A DNA stretch of 64,000 nucleotides from Eledone cirrhosa (taxonomy: Eukaryota), in contig OZ024743.1 in the NCBI GenBank assembly GCA_964016885.1, positions 96,658,001-96,722,000 on the forward strand, given 5' to 3'. The translations under genes were made by a program, and so were the position numbers. The stretch's first letter is position 1, and each line of letters starts with the position of its first letter. This document shows, one piece after another, positions 1-11,995 of this stretch. Below the pieces are notes generated by a model. The model had not been told where the DNA came from, ran no database searches, and saw only the letters and a program-made list of their open reading frames with translations.

Positions 1-164
1 ATCTTTATGGTTGTCCACCAGATGTTTTATATGCATTGTGAACCTTCCAGTATCTATTCCAGATCTTTGCATTCTGAGTTCAAATTCTGCTGAGGTCAGC
101 TTTGCCTTTCAGGCTACATAAAATTATAATACCAATCAAGTCCTCAGATTACTACTACTACTGA

Positions 165-199
<35 letters not shown>

Positions 200-201
<2 letters not shown>

Positions 202-1750
202 ACTACTGCTGCTGCTGCTTGTCAGAAGCAATAGTCTCCAATTGATCCAGCTGGATCCACAAGTGAGGCCAGCTGAGCTCATGGATGTTATCCAACCATC
301 TTACCCAGGGTCTACCCTTAGGTCTCCTACCAGTTGGTTGTGCTTGTAAAATCTGTCCAGCAATTTTTTGTTGAGATATTCTAGCCACATGTCTTTAATA
401 TCAGAACTGTAATCTCTCAATTCAGAGAAACAGTGGCTCTACCTAAGTGACTCTTTCATCTTTAAACTACACACTCTGTTGAGTTATGTTACTCCAAAAG
501 TCCTTCAGAGCAACCATATTTCGGTTGATTGTATTCAGAATCATATTTTTGGGGGTCATTACTGAAGATTCATGGCCATAGACAAGAATTTGGATGCAAT
601 AGCATCCACATATCTGTTCCTTACTTCTTTATCTGCCAGTACTTCCCAATTTATCCTGTAGGTGGACCTGGACATGCTGGCTTGGTGGGCTTCATTGGCT
701 TTAAGTAGTCTTAGGCTGCAGATAACTAGATGGTGATCAGTTGACAACTCAGCCTTTCTTGTAACATGAACATCCAGAACAGGATCAAAGAGGTCAGAGA
801 CATTAACAAAATCAATTATTGATCTCTCTTCCTGATCCTCTTATACCACATGTATTTATCAATGTCTTTGTGCTGGAAGTTGTTCATAATAAACACCCAC
901 TACTAGAAGAGAAGTCTAATAAGGTCTCTCCATTCGCATTTAGATCGGGATTGCTGTTCCTTCCAATCACTCCTTTCCATGTTAGACAGTCACTGCCAAC
1001 TTGTGTATTGAAGTCTCCCATTAAGATTTATGGTTCCCTCTTCATTACATCTCATGGTGCAATGATTTCATCATGGAAGGATCTGCATTCGGGTTCTGAT
1101 TGGTGCATACATTTTCCCCAATCACAGAGACCTATCTTTCAGCCGAAGATTCAAGAGGTGAATCTCCTTGCTTAATAGGATCCAGTCTATAACACATTCT
1201 TACAGCTGGGGACTAGTGAGTAAGCCCACTCTTGCCTGTGCAGTCTTTACTGGCACCACACCTGAATAGTGGAGCTTCTATCTTCCATCCAAATCTACAG
1301 TATCAGAGCCACAGAACTTTGTTGAGGAAACCATGACTATATCCAGCCAGTAGAATTTGGCCTCCTCCACTAATTCCTGCTCATTGCCAATAACGGTTGT
1401 AATTTCCAGTTACCAATTGTCAATATTTTCTCCCTTCTGGACCTTCTTTAGGGTCCCAGGATACATAATCTTTGCACTTCCATCCTATGCCTCCCAGGAA
1501 GGTTACGATCCATCATCAGTTATTGCAGCATTGGATGGAAATTGCAATATATTTTGTGAACAGCCCCTTCTATCTAAGGCCTGAACAGGTCCCATGTTAT
1601 CCTACATGAAGGACGATCTGGTATGACTATTTTGGTTGTGTCTAGCCATATCGCAATTTTTTGGTGGTCATATTCATACCAGTCACCAATTTGGTACTTT
1701 TCTCTGACCTGCAAAGACTAGGCTTTTTTAGATACAACCTTTTCTCACCT
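200..1750 (-). mobile_element. Degenerate, internally deleted RTE-clade LINE (APE endonuclease region joined to ORF C-terminus)
   Basis: IGNW.. endonuclease start near 1417, STDHHLV endonuclease end (ORF 559-747), then a jump at about 581 to YGHES... and QPTGRRPKGRP..RWLDNI. The 3' part matches 52096-52510 in reverse complement. Confidence 0.75.
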
Positions 1751-1757
1751 CATAGTA

Positions 1758-2070
1758 GTGAGAGGTTTGTTGGGATCTAATTGTGTTACCCTTACATTAC
1801 ATGGTTGTGAGAGGTTTGTTGGGATCTAACAGTGGAACCCTTATCACATGGTTGTGAGAGGTTTGTTAGGATCTAACTGTATTACCTTTACATCACATGG
1901 TTGTGAGGGGTTTGTTTGGATCTAACAGTGTTACATCACATGGTTGTGAGAGGTTTGTTGGGATCTAACCCTTACATCACGTGGTTGTGAGAGGTTTGTT
2001 GGGATCTAACTGTGTCACCCTTACATCACGTGGTTGTGAGAGGTTTGTTGGGATATAACAGTGGAACCCA
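1758..2070. repeat. Minisatellite, about 41-49 bp unit, 7 copies
   Basis: Repeated GTGAGAGGTTTGTTGGGATCTAAC...CCCTTACATCACATGGTT with a variable middle. Confidence 0.9.
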
Positions 2071-2339
2071 TTGTTCCTTCTTCTTCCCTAGTAATTTACT
2101 GCTGTTGGATCGGTTTTTTTTTATTCCGGTTGCAACCCACTGATATCGCAACAAACCATCATATCTGCTAGCTGTATCACTATCCACCACCTGCGAGAAC
2201 CCTCCTCTCAAATTTCTGTCCTTTTACCTATGTTAGAATCAGTTATAATTATTTTATTGATAGTTTCATGCAAGTTTCTACTGCATCATTAGATGAGCTT
2301 CTGTTCTCCCGAGGTGTACCAGCATTATGTTTTTATTTT

Positions 2340-2575
2340 TCATGGGTGGAGAAATAATTGCTGAACAGATTTTATGGGCAAAATCAACCGGTAGGAGACC
2401 CAGGGGTAGACCTTGAGTAAGATGGTTGGATAACATCCACGAGCTTGGCTAGTCTCGCTTGGGGATTCAGCCAAATCAGTTGGAGACGGTTACTTCTAAT
2501 AGAACCCACTGGAAGGAGTGTTTGAAAACTGCCCCCCCCCCCCAACTCTCTCAGGAATAAGTGGGCAAAGAAGTC
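2340..2575 (+). mobile_element. RTE LINE 3' fragment (same family as 200-580 and 51945-52530)
   Basis: CAACCGGTAGGAGACCCAGGGGTAGACC...GATGGTTGGATAACATCC shared with the other copies. Confidence 0.75.
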
Positions 2576-3013
2576 TGATGGGGTAGTTTAGACACATGTT
2601 AATGTACAGTATTTGTTTTGTTTTATTTTCGGGGTTAGCTTACCTTTTGTGGTGTTATTTTAATGTTTGTTCTGTTTTGTAGATTATATGTAATATGAAT
2701 GGTGTTATTTTGTTGTGAATGTTTTGTTTCCTATGTGCTGTATAATCAGTGTCCTGTGTCTCAGGGGTGTGTATGTGTCCTGTGTCTCAGTGGTGTGTAT
2801 GTAATTTGTGTCTCGGGGGTGTGTATATGGTGTGTGTCCTGTGTAGCGTTAATGACTCACAGCTGTCTAAAGTGTTGGTTCTATACATTATTAGTTTTGT
2901 TGGACATTAGTTGTGTAAGAATACCCAGTAATTTTATTGGTCAGTCGGTGCCAGTCAGCCACATCAAGATATGTGATTTATTATTGTTATTATTATTATT
3001 GTTGTTGTTGTTA

Positions 3014-3240
3014 GGGCGGTGGATCGGTAGAGCGTTGGACAACATGCTTTTCAGCATAGAGTTACGGCCCTTTACGTTCTGAGTTTAAAAAATCCTGTCT
3101 AGTTTAACTTTGTCTTTCATCCTATGGGGTCAATAAAATAAAGCACCAGTAATATACTGGGGTCGATTTAATCACCCCCCCCCCCCCAAAAAAAAAAAAA
3201 ATAAATTAGTGGCCTTGTGCCTAAATTAGAAATCATTATA
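3014..3240 (+). mobile_element. SINE family B copy
   Basis: GGGCGGTGG head, TCTGAGTT.AAA B-box-like motif, CTTTCATCC..GGGGTC.ATAAAATAAAG.ACCAG core, GGCCTTGTGCCTAAA tail. Confidence 0.8.
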
Positions 3241-3697
3241 TAGTTACAAGCCTTTATAATCTGAGTCCAATTTTGTTTTTAACCTTCCAATATAGGATTG
3301 AAACAATGCTATATTTTCTTTAAGAGTAGTGATTTGGGATTAGTTTATTATGAACTGTTCAGGTGGGAATTTGTCAGTTTGATTCTTGCTTTTGGGTCTT
3401 AGCAAATATTACAACAGTTAGGCTAAGCCCAAGTATCCTAAGAACTCTCGCCACCATTGATATGTAAGTACATATGAGTGTGTGTGTGTGTGTATTTCTT
3501 GTTGGCTTGAAATTGAGACTAACCAGTTGGGCTATTATTAAACACCTTCCAACTATGACCATGTCATCGCATTCTTCAGCATAATGAACTATATTATCCA
3601 ATGTGTCCTTGCTTTTTAAGATAGGTGTAGTTCCAGGGAGATTTGGTCCCTTTATATTATTGTATTGATAAAAGAAATCATTATTGTATTGTGTCTC

Positions 3698-3890
3698 TGA
3701 TGGTGGATTGGCAGTATCGGTAGAGGGTCGGACGCCATGCTTTGATGCATAGAGTTACGGCCCTTGCCATTCTGAGTTCAAATCCCGCCGAGGTTAACTT
3801 TGCCTTTCATCCTTACGGGGTCGATAAAATAAAGTACCAGTAATACACTGGATAATTGCTGGCCTTGTGCCAAAAGTAGAAACAATTATT
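3698..3890 (+). mobile_element. SINE family B copy with 18-bp target-site duplication
   Basis: Family consensus; ATTATTGTATTGTGTCTC at 3680-3697 and 3885-3902. Confidence 0.85.
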
Positions 3891-3944
3891 GTATTGTGTC
3901 TCATAGCACATACTAATGGAGTTTCACTGATTTTCTCTTATAAT

Positions 3945-6175
3945 AATGAAAATATTGTGTACAGTGCTCAGGTGCACTACAACTCATCAAAATTGTGTGT
4001 ATAGTACATAGGGTAATGTACAAACGTCAGGAAAATCAACAGTGCATGAGTCATGATATACACATGTGTATGGAAGTGGGACATCAGCTGTAGTTTTGGC
4101 GAATTTCGGGAAGCATGAGGGTTTTAAAGGATGCAGTGTCTCTGCAGCTAACAACTGACGCAGGTAGTTTGTTCCATGCTTCAGCAACTCTAAGCGTGAA
4201 AAAATGTTTCCGAAAGTCATGGGAGCTGTGCTGTTTTCTGACTTTGTAGGCATGTCCACGTGTGTTAGACACATGGAGATCAAAAAGGTGCTCAGGGTTG
4301 TTGTTGGCGAGATGGTTAATAACTTTGTGGGTGTTTACCAAGTCCATTGCCAGATGTCGTAGCTTCAATGAATCCATGCCCAGGGAAGCAAGGCGTCAGA
4401 GTATGGTAGGTGTCTGATGGAGGGTATGCGCTTGGTTGCACGTCCCTGAACAGTTTCCAGGAGGTCAATGTTCTGAGTAAGATAGGAGTTCCAGACTGTT
4501 GATGCGAATTCCAAGTGTGGTCGTACCATAGCTATATACAGCTTTAAATAGATGGCTGGAGAGCAGCTAACAAAGGTCTTGCTGAGTGATGCCAAGACAC
4601 CCTCGGTTTTCTTGACAATTTTAGAGATGTGCTTTGTTCAATGCAAATCGCTGCTGACAGTAATGCACAGGTCACGTTCACAAGAGGACTTCTTGATATC
4701 AGTGTTGTGGAGGGAGTATGTGGACGCTGGAGTTTTCCTCCCAAAATGCATGGTGGTACACTTGTCCACAGCCAGCTTCAGTTGCCAGTCTGTGATCCAT
4801 TGCTGCATTGTGTCCAGGTCTGATTGTAGGAAAGAGTTATAGATTTCAGGATCTTTCCTTTTGATTTCAAGGTACACCTTGATGTCATCTGCATATTTCA
4901 GTACTGTGGCATTATTTAAGTTGGCATCTATGTCATTAATGTATGCAACAAACAAAAGGGAACCAAGAACAGATCTCTGTGGTACACCAGATGACATCTC
5001 ATATGGTGAAGAATGCTGTCCTAGAACCGTGACTACTTTTTTCAGCTGAGAATGAAGAATTTCAACCAGTCAAAAAGACCACCCTTCACACCCATTGCAG
5101 AGAGTTTCACCATAAGTCTTTTGTGTGGCACAGAATTAAAAGCCTTAGCGAAGTCATGGTAAACAACATCCACCTATGAACTGCTGTCAGTGATCCGGGT
5201 AATGTCTTCAAGGAACTCGATAAGCTGATCACAGCAGCTGGAGTTAGGGATAAATCCAAATTGCGAGGGCCGGATGAAGCTGTGAGAGCTCCAGAAGTTC
5301 CAAAGTGTTTCTCTGACACAGGATTCCATCAGTTTGGCAATACAGCTAGTAAGACTGACTGGACGATAGTTGACAGGTGACGTGCGGTCACCCTTTTTGA
5401 ACAGGGGAATGACACTGGCAGTTTTCCACTGCTCCGGAGTAGCACTATTGTTGAGACAGTATTGAAAGAAGAAAGAAAGCTGGTGCAAAAAGAAGTACTT
5501 GCCATGTTTGAGAAGCAGGTATGTAACACCATCAAGACCAGGGGAGGCATAGCTACGCTTATTGTTAAGGTGACGTCGCAGCATTGCAGGTGTAAATTCC
5601 ATAGTTGTTATGGAATTTGATGTTAGAGATGGTGGAGATGGTACATTCTGGTTTTCAACTGTAAAAATGCTTCCATAGCACTCAGCAATAAGTTCTGCGC
5701 ATTCTTTGGGCTCGTCAGTGATCTGGCTTGTGTGGGGATTGTGAAAAGGACCAACTGGAGAGTGAGGTCTCTGCTTTGAATGTACATATTTCCAGAACAC
5801 CTTACTGTCAGGATTGGTTGCTATGCACTGTTCAAATTCAAGCACTGCCTTTTTTGTCACTTGCTTGAGATGGTTGGAAGATTTATTCCGCTTTTTTCTG
5901 TCGGCATCTGATTTATGCAGTTTATATTCCCGTTCAGCGTTCCGATGTTCTTTCCTGGCAAGTCGGACCACTGAAGTTTCCCAAATTGCACTTTTGGGGT
6001 GGGTTTTTTTCTGCTTACATGGCACTAATGCTGCACACGCTATCCATATTGAGTCCAGGATGCTCTGGAGTATAGTGTTCATATCTCCAGAGTTATAGAA
6101 CTAATGCCAGTTTTGGCACTGTAGCTCAGTGCAGTATAAGTTCCAATCTGCTTTCTTCCAATCAAAGCAAGCAGA
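3945..6175 (-). mobile_element. 5'-truncated, frameshifted CR1-clade LINE (reverse transcriptase)
   Basis: SPGLDG, VIPLFKKGD..NYRPVSLTS, SQFGF, GVPQ.SVLG.LLF..YIND, YADD, and the CR1-type C-terminus TRGH.YK...RKHFFTLRVAEAWNKLP, spread over several frames. Confidence 0.9.
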
Positions 6176-7082
6176 TTGGAGATGGTTCTATCGTTTCAGT
6201 TAGTTATGCTAAAGGAGATGTTTGAATTCTACACTGCATATTAATCAGACATTCATCCATTATGAAACACTTCTGCAGTTTACAACAGCAAACTGTACTC
6301 AACCATGAAGTAGATAGACTTAGTGTATAGGAAGAGTTAAGTGTTTTTATCAATCAGACACAGCATAATATCATCAATTAGATATGAACTGTTGTCACTT
6401 TGATAGGCTGGTATCCTGCTGATGTAGCTATCTGGGAAAAAATCATGGTGACACATTGCTTTACTGTTCCTTGCCTTGAAAGAAAGAATCCATTTTGTCA
6501 ATTTTTCTGACCTATTTTACTGCTATTAACAAAAATCTGTATACATTTCAGACTAAAAATATCCAATGGGATTGCCTCTACATAATCAGTAAATTTGCTA
6601 AAAATAACAGTCAAATTTCTCTCAAATCATAAGATACCTATCATTTAAAATAAAAAAAAAGACGCATTAGATAATGTCCAGCATATACCTAAAAAGATAG
6701 AATTATCCCAGTTAGAATGCCTTTGATCACAGGTCTGCGTAGTCATGGCTCCCCTCACAGATGAAAGCCTCTTTATGGTCATTTGACATGCAAGAGATAG
6801 CAGCTTAATCTTCATCAAATCACACCCTACCATGTTAAAAAAAGAAATATTAGACAATGTAGCCTTAAGTATTGCAAACAGAGCAGGAAGACCACAGAAT
6901 CAATGTAAGGTTTTTAGATAAATAACATTTAAATAAACAAATATTGTATGCAATTTACAAAGCATTGAGAGAATATCAAGTTTATAGAAGATGTAATATG
7001 CTTGGACACAGAAAATAATTGTAAGTACAGTCGGTTGCTATAAATAGCTTTGAGACAGAGAAAGAAGTTGCCAGTAACTACT

Positions 7083-7150
7083 ATGAGGGATTGAACCTCA
7101 TACCTCTGAGATACTGGCTGAGTAATGCTCTAGCTATTGAGCTAAGGGAC
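7083..7150 (-). mobile_element. tRNA-like head, probably a SINE relic
   Basis: Reverse complement GGTCCCTTAGCTCAATAGCTAGAGCA...GAGGTTCAATCCCTC has A- and B-box-like motifs but no intact cloverleaf. Confidence 0.45.
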
Positions 7151-7429
7151 CTCTGACAACATCTGACCATCTGTATCTAAGAGTCTTTACCCTATTTTAT
7201 ACAAGAGGATTTTTTAAACATCGAATGGTTGTTGGGGTCCACCAGAGAAAAGTTAGAATCAAAAGGCGTCCATAGATCAAATAAAGGTTGTGAACCACTG
7301 GTATAGATCAAGGACACAAATTGTTACATATTTCAAGAATTGAACCCATGATATTTTTATTCTGAGCCCAATACCCTAACAGCAAGCCCACTCTCCTTAT
7401 AATCTAAAAAATCTTTTATTCTTTTACTC

Positions 7430-7725
7430 TTTATTCATTTTAGTCACTGGGGTGCCACATTGAACGGATTTAGTTAATCATATTGACCCCTGTGGTTATT
7501 TTTTCAAGTCAGGTACTTTATTGATTGCTTTTTGTTGAATTGCTAAGTTACGGGACATTTACAAACAGTAAACTTAAACACAGACACACAAACACATGAT
7601 GGGCTTCCCTGCAGTTTCAATCTACAACTTCCACTCACAAGATATTAGTTAACTCTGATGTCACACAGCATAACTGAGCCCCAAACCATGTGGTTGCAAG
7701 ACAAACTTCTCAACCACACAGACAC
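7430..7725 (-). mobile_element. Old SINE family C copy
   Basis: Similar to 49200-49555 (TGCTAAGTTA.GG.CAT..ACAAAC, CATGTGGTTGCAAG). Confidence 0.55.
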
Positions 7726-7749
7726 ATCAGTACCTAGAAATAATGGTTT

Positions 7750-8790
7750 CTAATTTAGGCAACATGTCATCTGCAAATTCCAGCCAACTGATTTTACACC
7801 AGCCAGTTGTGATACTACTTCCAACCACACTGCGCATGTCAATACTTTTATGAGAATAATGAACCAGAGAGGTGATAGTATGCATCCTTGGCAAAGTCTT
7901 ACTTCCACATTAAATGGATTCAATTTAGTACCATTTATCCTGACATAAATACACAGGCATTCATGTAGAGACATCAGGGCAACAAAAATCTGACTATCGG
8001 TCCCAAACTACTGCAGAACCTTCCACAGAGGTCCTGAGGAATGTGGTCATATTACTTTTTGAGGTCTACAGAACAAGAATATACCTCTTGGCAATACTCC
8101 CCCGATTTCTCGACGACCTACTGCGGTGTGAATATCTGGTCGGCTATGCTGCATACAGGGCGAAAACTGCACTGTTTATCAGCTAGCTTGGACTCAACAA
8201 TCTCCCTACATCCCTTTGCCAGACACTTAGCATTGACTTTTCCAGGAAGGGTTAGCAAGGAGATCCCCCTGTAATTGGAGCAATCTCACTTGTCCCCCTT
8301 TTTGAAAATTGGGATTATCACTCCCAATTGACATTGCTTAGGTGCCTTTCCAGAGATTCAGGACACCCAACACACACGGGTCAGCCAGAGAATACCTTCT
8401 CTATTTAAGGTTTTTAACATCTCTGGCTGAATTTCATTTTTCCCAGATGCATTCCCGATAGCAGATATGGAGGAGGGCTTCTTATTACAAAGTTGGTGGA
8501 TGGTCTGGCAGAACACTTTATTTGTTGATCTGAAGTCGGATTCCAGCTTAGCTCCAAGGTCCCCTCATGTCTTAACTTTTGACATATTTACTGTCTCTGC
8601 TATGATAGTAAGTTCAAGGAAGAGGACTTATTACCAAGCCAAGCTTTGTAAGCCTCCTTTGCTTGGATGGCATCTTTGACCTCTTGATTGAACCAAAGGG
8701 CTCTCCTGACATCTAGTGCCACATCAAGCCTCTTTTGCCAGCAACATTTAACAACTGAAGCAGAAACTGCTGAGCTGAACAATCTCTACA
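7750..8790 (-). mobile_element. Degenerate RTE LINE reverse-transcriptase core fragment
   Basis: WFNQEVKDAIQAK, QGCILSPLWFII and LEFADD motifs on the minus strand, with stops and frameshifts. Confidence 0.75.
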
Positions 8791-8819
8791 TAACTCAACT
8801 GAAGGTGATCTCCAACTTG

Positions 8820-9155
8820 CGCTTGACAGGTTTGATGCTGTAAGGATGAAAAGCAAAGCTAACCTCGGGATTTTAACTCAGACCGTAAAGGGCCGTAACT
8901 CTATGCTGCAAAGCATAGCATCTGACCCTCTACGGATACTGCCAATCCACCGCCCTTCTCATAATAATTGTTTCTACTTTCGGCACAAGGCCAGCAATTA
9001 CCCAGTACATTACTGGTACTTTATTTTATCGACCCCGTAAGGATGAAAGGCAAAGTTGACCTCGGCGGTATTTGAACTCAGAATGGCAAGGGCCGTAACT
9101 CTATACGTCAAAGCATGACGTCCGACCCTCTACCGATACTGCCAATCCACCGCCA
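8820..9155 (-). mobile_element. Two tandem SINE family B copies (about 8820-8955 partial, about 8965-9155 full)
   Basis: Reverse complement of the family B consensus. Confidence 0.85.
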
Positions 9156-9524
9156 TCCCCATCAATATAATAATACTGCTTTATTTACAGTAATACACCC
9201 TTTCCTTCCTGCCTCTTTATATCTTCACTCTATCAACACTTATATTCTATTCCTTCTATATTATTCCCCCCCTTTTCTTTATTTTTTTATGTTTCCTTTT
9301 CTCTTTTTCTTTCTTTTTCCCTTTTTCTTTTTGTTCTTTCTCACTTTTTTGTTCCTTTACTTTACTTTTTATTCTTTCTATTATGGCTCCCCAGTCTATC
9401 ATTTGCTCGCTCTCTCTCTCTCCCTCTCTCTCCATCCCTCTTCCTCCCCCTCTCCCCTCTCCCCTCCTATCCCCCACCCTCACACATATTCTCTTATTCT
9501 GTCAGACAATTTAATCTTTTTGTT

Positions 9525-9865
9525 TCATGCATATATGTGTACACATGCATATATGTGTGTGTGTAATGCATATCTATATACTCATGCATGCATGTGCGTA
9601 TGTATATATGTACGTATATATGCATGTATATGAGTATATGTCTACTTGTACAAAAGCATGACTGCATGTATACATTCATGGGTGTATGTATATATGCATG
9701 GGTGTATGTATACATGCATGTGTGTATGTATACACCCATGGGTGTATGTATATATGTATGGGTGTATGTATATATGCATGGGTGTATGTATACATGCATG
9801 GGTGTATGTATACACCCATGGGTGTATGTATATATGTATGTATACATGCATGGGTGTATATATAT
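9525..9865. repeat. TA/TG/CA microsatellite-derived 20-bp minisatellite (CATGGGTGTATGTATAYAYR)
   Basis: Direct inspection. Confidence 0.85.
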
Positions 9866-9914
9866 GGATTATGATACACAGCTAGAGTTAATTCAAGATT
9901 TCCAGAAAACAAAC

Positions 9915-10109
9915 TTAACCCTTTAACATTTACACCGGCTAGATCTGGTCGTCAGAATTCTCTCACCTCTTTCTGTTCAAATAGACAGCAATCGGCCCCT
10001 CATACTGATGTTAGCGTATTGTTCTCAAAATAAATAATATCAAAATCTCATAGATTTGATGTGAAAATATAATAGTAAATATAGAGTAATGTAAATGTTA
10101 AAAGGTTAA
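9915..10109 (-). mobile_element. piggyBac-type MITE family P1
   Basis: TTAA|CCCTTTAACATTTAC ... GTAAATGTTAAAAGG|TTAA termini. Interior is the reverse complement of 47761-47989. Confidence 0.75.
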
Positions 10110-10856
10110 ATAATAGTTGCTTGGAAAGCAGGTACAGTGCAGATAGAAATATAAAGATGGTGGATTAAATCAAGATAAAATAAAGTTTTTAGCCAATATA
10201 TTTCATGATATTTCAGATAAGGTCTTTCTTTTCAAATGATGAGCAATGAACACAAAAAAAAACCGAGATTTTCTGCTTTCACAAACTTTTCTTGTGTTGT
10301 GTCCAGCACTTCTAGTGACATCCCCCATATCATTGTCCAAATCCCACTCACCCATATTCATTTGTTGACTGTGCTACTGACCCTTTCTCATGTCTCTCTC
10401 CCCCAAACCAAATTACCTCCCCTTTCCTCTCAGCTACCTCAATCATCCTTTTTGTCTTCTCCAGTCCACCCAAACCCTCCTAGTAATATGGTGGTATTTA
10501 TATCTTTTCTGGTGGTAGGAGAGGGTGGTGATTGGGATGACTGGAGGTCATTTACCATATATGAGGGAATGCCAATAGTCACCAGTAAGATATATACTGA
10601 ATCTGACAGATAAAATGACAAGTCAGTCAATCATATTGGCGGCCTCCCCACACCCCCAGCGGACAGAATAGAGAAGGCGTTTCCCCGGAGGACGGCAAGG
10701 GAGACTTCTCAGGGAGACTTCTCATCCCCCACCTGACCCTGACTCCACCCATTCTCCCCACCCTTTATATTGGCCAGGTATGGAACCGATTGGCAGATTA
10801 CTTTGCTGAGCATCTACTCCCACTTTCAGTCTCCCAGACATTCACCCATCAACAAC

Positions 10857-11349
10857 TTAACCCTTTAGCATTTACATTACTCTATATATATACTCAATTC
10901 TCAGACCGGGTGATGTGTTGTTTCCTTGAGCAAGACACTTTATTTCACATTACTCCAGTTTACTCAGCTGTAGAAATGAGATGATAGGGACTGGGGTCCA
11001 TATCATTCCACTGCAAAAAAGCACCCAGCACTCACTGTAAATGAGGTTGGTGTTAGGAAGGGCATCCAGCTGTAGAAATCAAGCCAGAATCAGTTCCCGT
11101 CCCACCCTTGCAAGCAGGGAAAAGCGGATGTAAAATGATGATGATGATGATGATACTATTGTATTTTCATAGTAACGACTTTACCTTACATATTATCTCC
11201 CATAATATCGAATCTATGAGATTTTGATGTTATTTATTTTGAGAACAATACCTTAACATCAGTAAAAGTGGCCAGTTATGGCAAGTTTGAACAGAAAGAG
11301 GTGAGAGAATTCTGGCCGGATATGACCAGTTTAAATGCTAAAGGATTAA
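10857..11349 (+). mobile_element. piggyBac-type MITE P1 carrying a nested SINE
   Basis: TTAA|CCCTTTAGCATTTA ... TAAATGCTAAAGGA|TTAA. Matches 47761-47989 once 10894-11154 is removed. Confidence 0.8.
10894..11154 (+). mobile_element. SINE family A, 5'-truncated
   Basis: Matches 17520-17805; (GAT)n tail. Confidence 0.85.
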
Positions 11350-11995
11350 ACCTGTTCAGATTCTGTTTCCCCCATGGGTCAAACCAATCTAGAATATACC
11401 ATGAACAACAGTTCCTTTTCTGACTCCACACCTCCTACCCACCTAGATTTAACTCACCACCACAGTTCTTCTAAGCTTCCTACTATCCACATATACACAG
11501 TGTGTGCACACATATTTAACAGCATTTTCTTAACATGCCACTTGTTAACTTATCTCCCCTTACTCTAGCTCTCCTGTTACATCAGGCATGTCTTACCAAA
11601 TGATGTCTAAGCTACACTGACTTAGTAATGATATACATATTTTTTGTCAGCGTTTCTCCTGCTTTTATTGTTTACTCCTTCTACCATCTAATAAAAGGTG
11701 TAGCTTGAAATATTTTGGACTGACTTTAATTTCTGAACGTTAAACAAATATCTTCAAATTTTACTGTACTTTGCGTTGTTTTCATTTTTGTTTTTTCCTG
11801 TCTCTTAGTTTGCTATATATACATATATATGCTGTGCGTTCTATATATATAGTCCAAACCCATGCAAGCGTGGAACATGGACGCTAAACCTGATGATGAT
11901 GATGATATATATCCTGCTTTTGCTGTATACATATATATATACATATATATCCTGTGTTTGCTGTATACATATACAGTATATATATATATACATAT

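Larger units (their letters stand above)
10760..11810 (+). mobile_element. Penelope-like element remnant (GIY-YIG endonuclease end plus 3' region), interrupted by a MITE
   Basis: YIGQVWNRLADYFAEHL from 10766. After the MITE, EQQFLF*LHTSYPPRFN (cf. EQxxIFxLxTxxPxGLN). A decayed hammerhead-like CTAATAA-AAGG..CTT-GAAA lies near 11690. Confidence 0.6.

Noticed and set aside
10637-10745. GC-rich island as an HDV-like ribozyme or promoter (also 60865-60960)
   Set aside because: I could not assemble the nested double pseudoknot by eye; no supporting evidence.
11862-11995. N-terminus of the 362-aa ORF as a true start
   Set aside because: It derives from a 55-nt RTE tail and a TA minisatellite that happen to be in frame; the LINE is 5'-truncated at about 11996.
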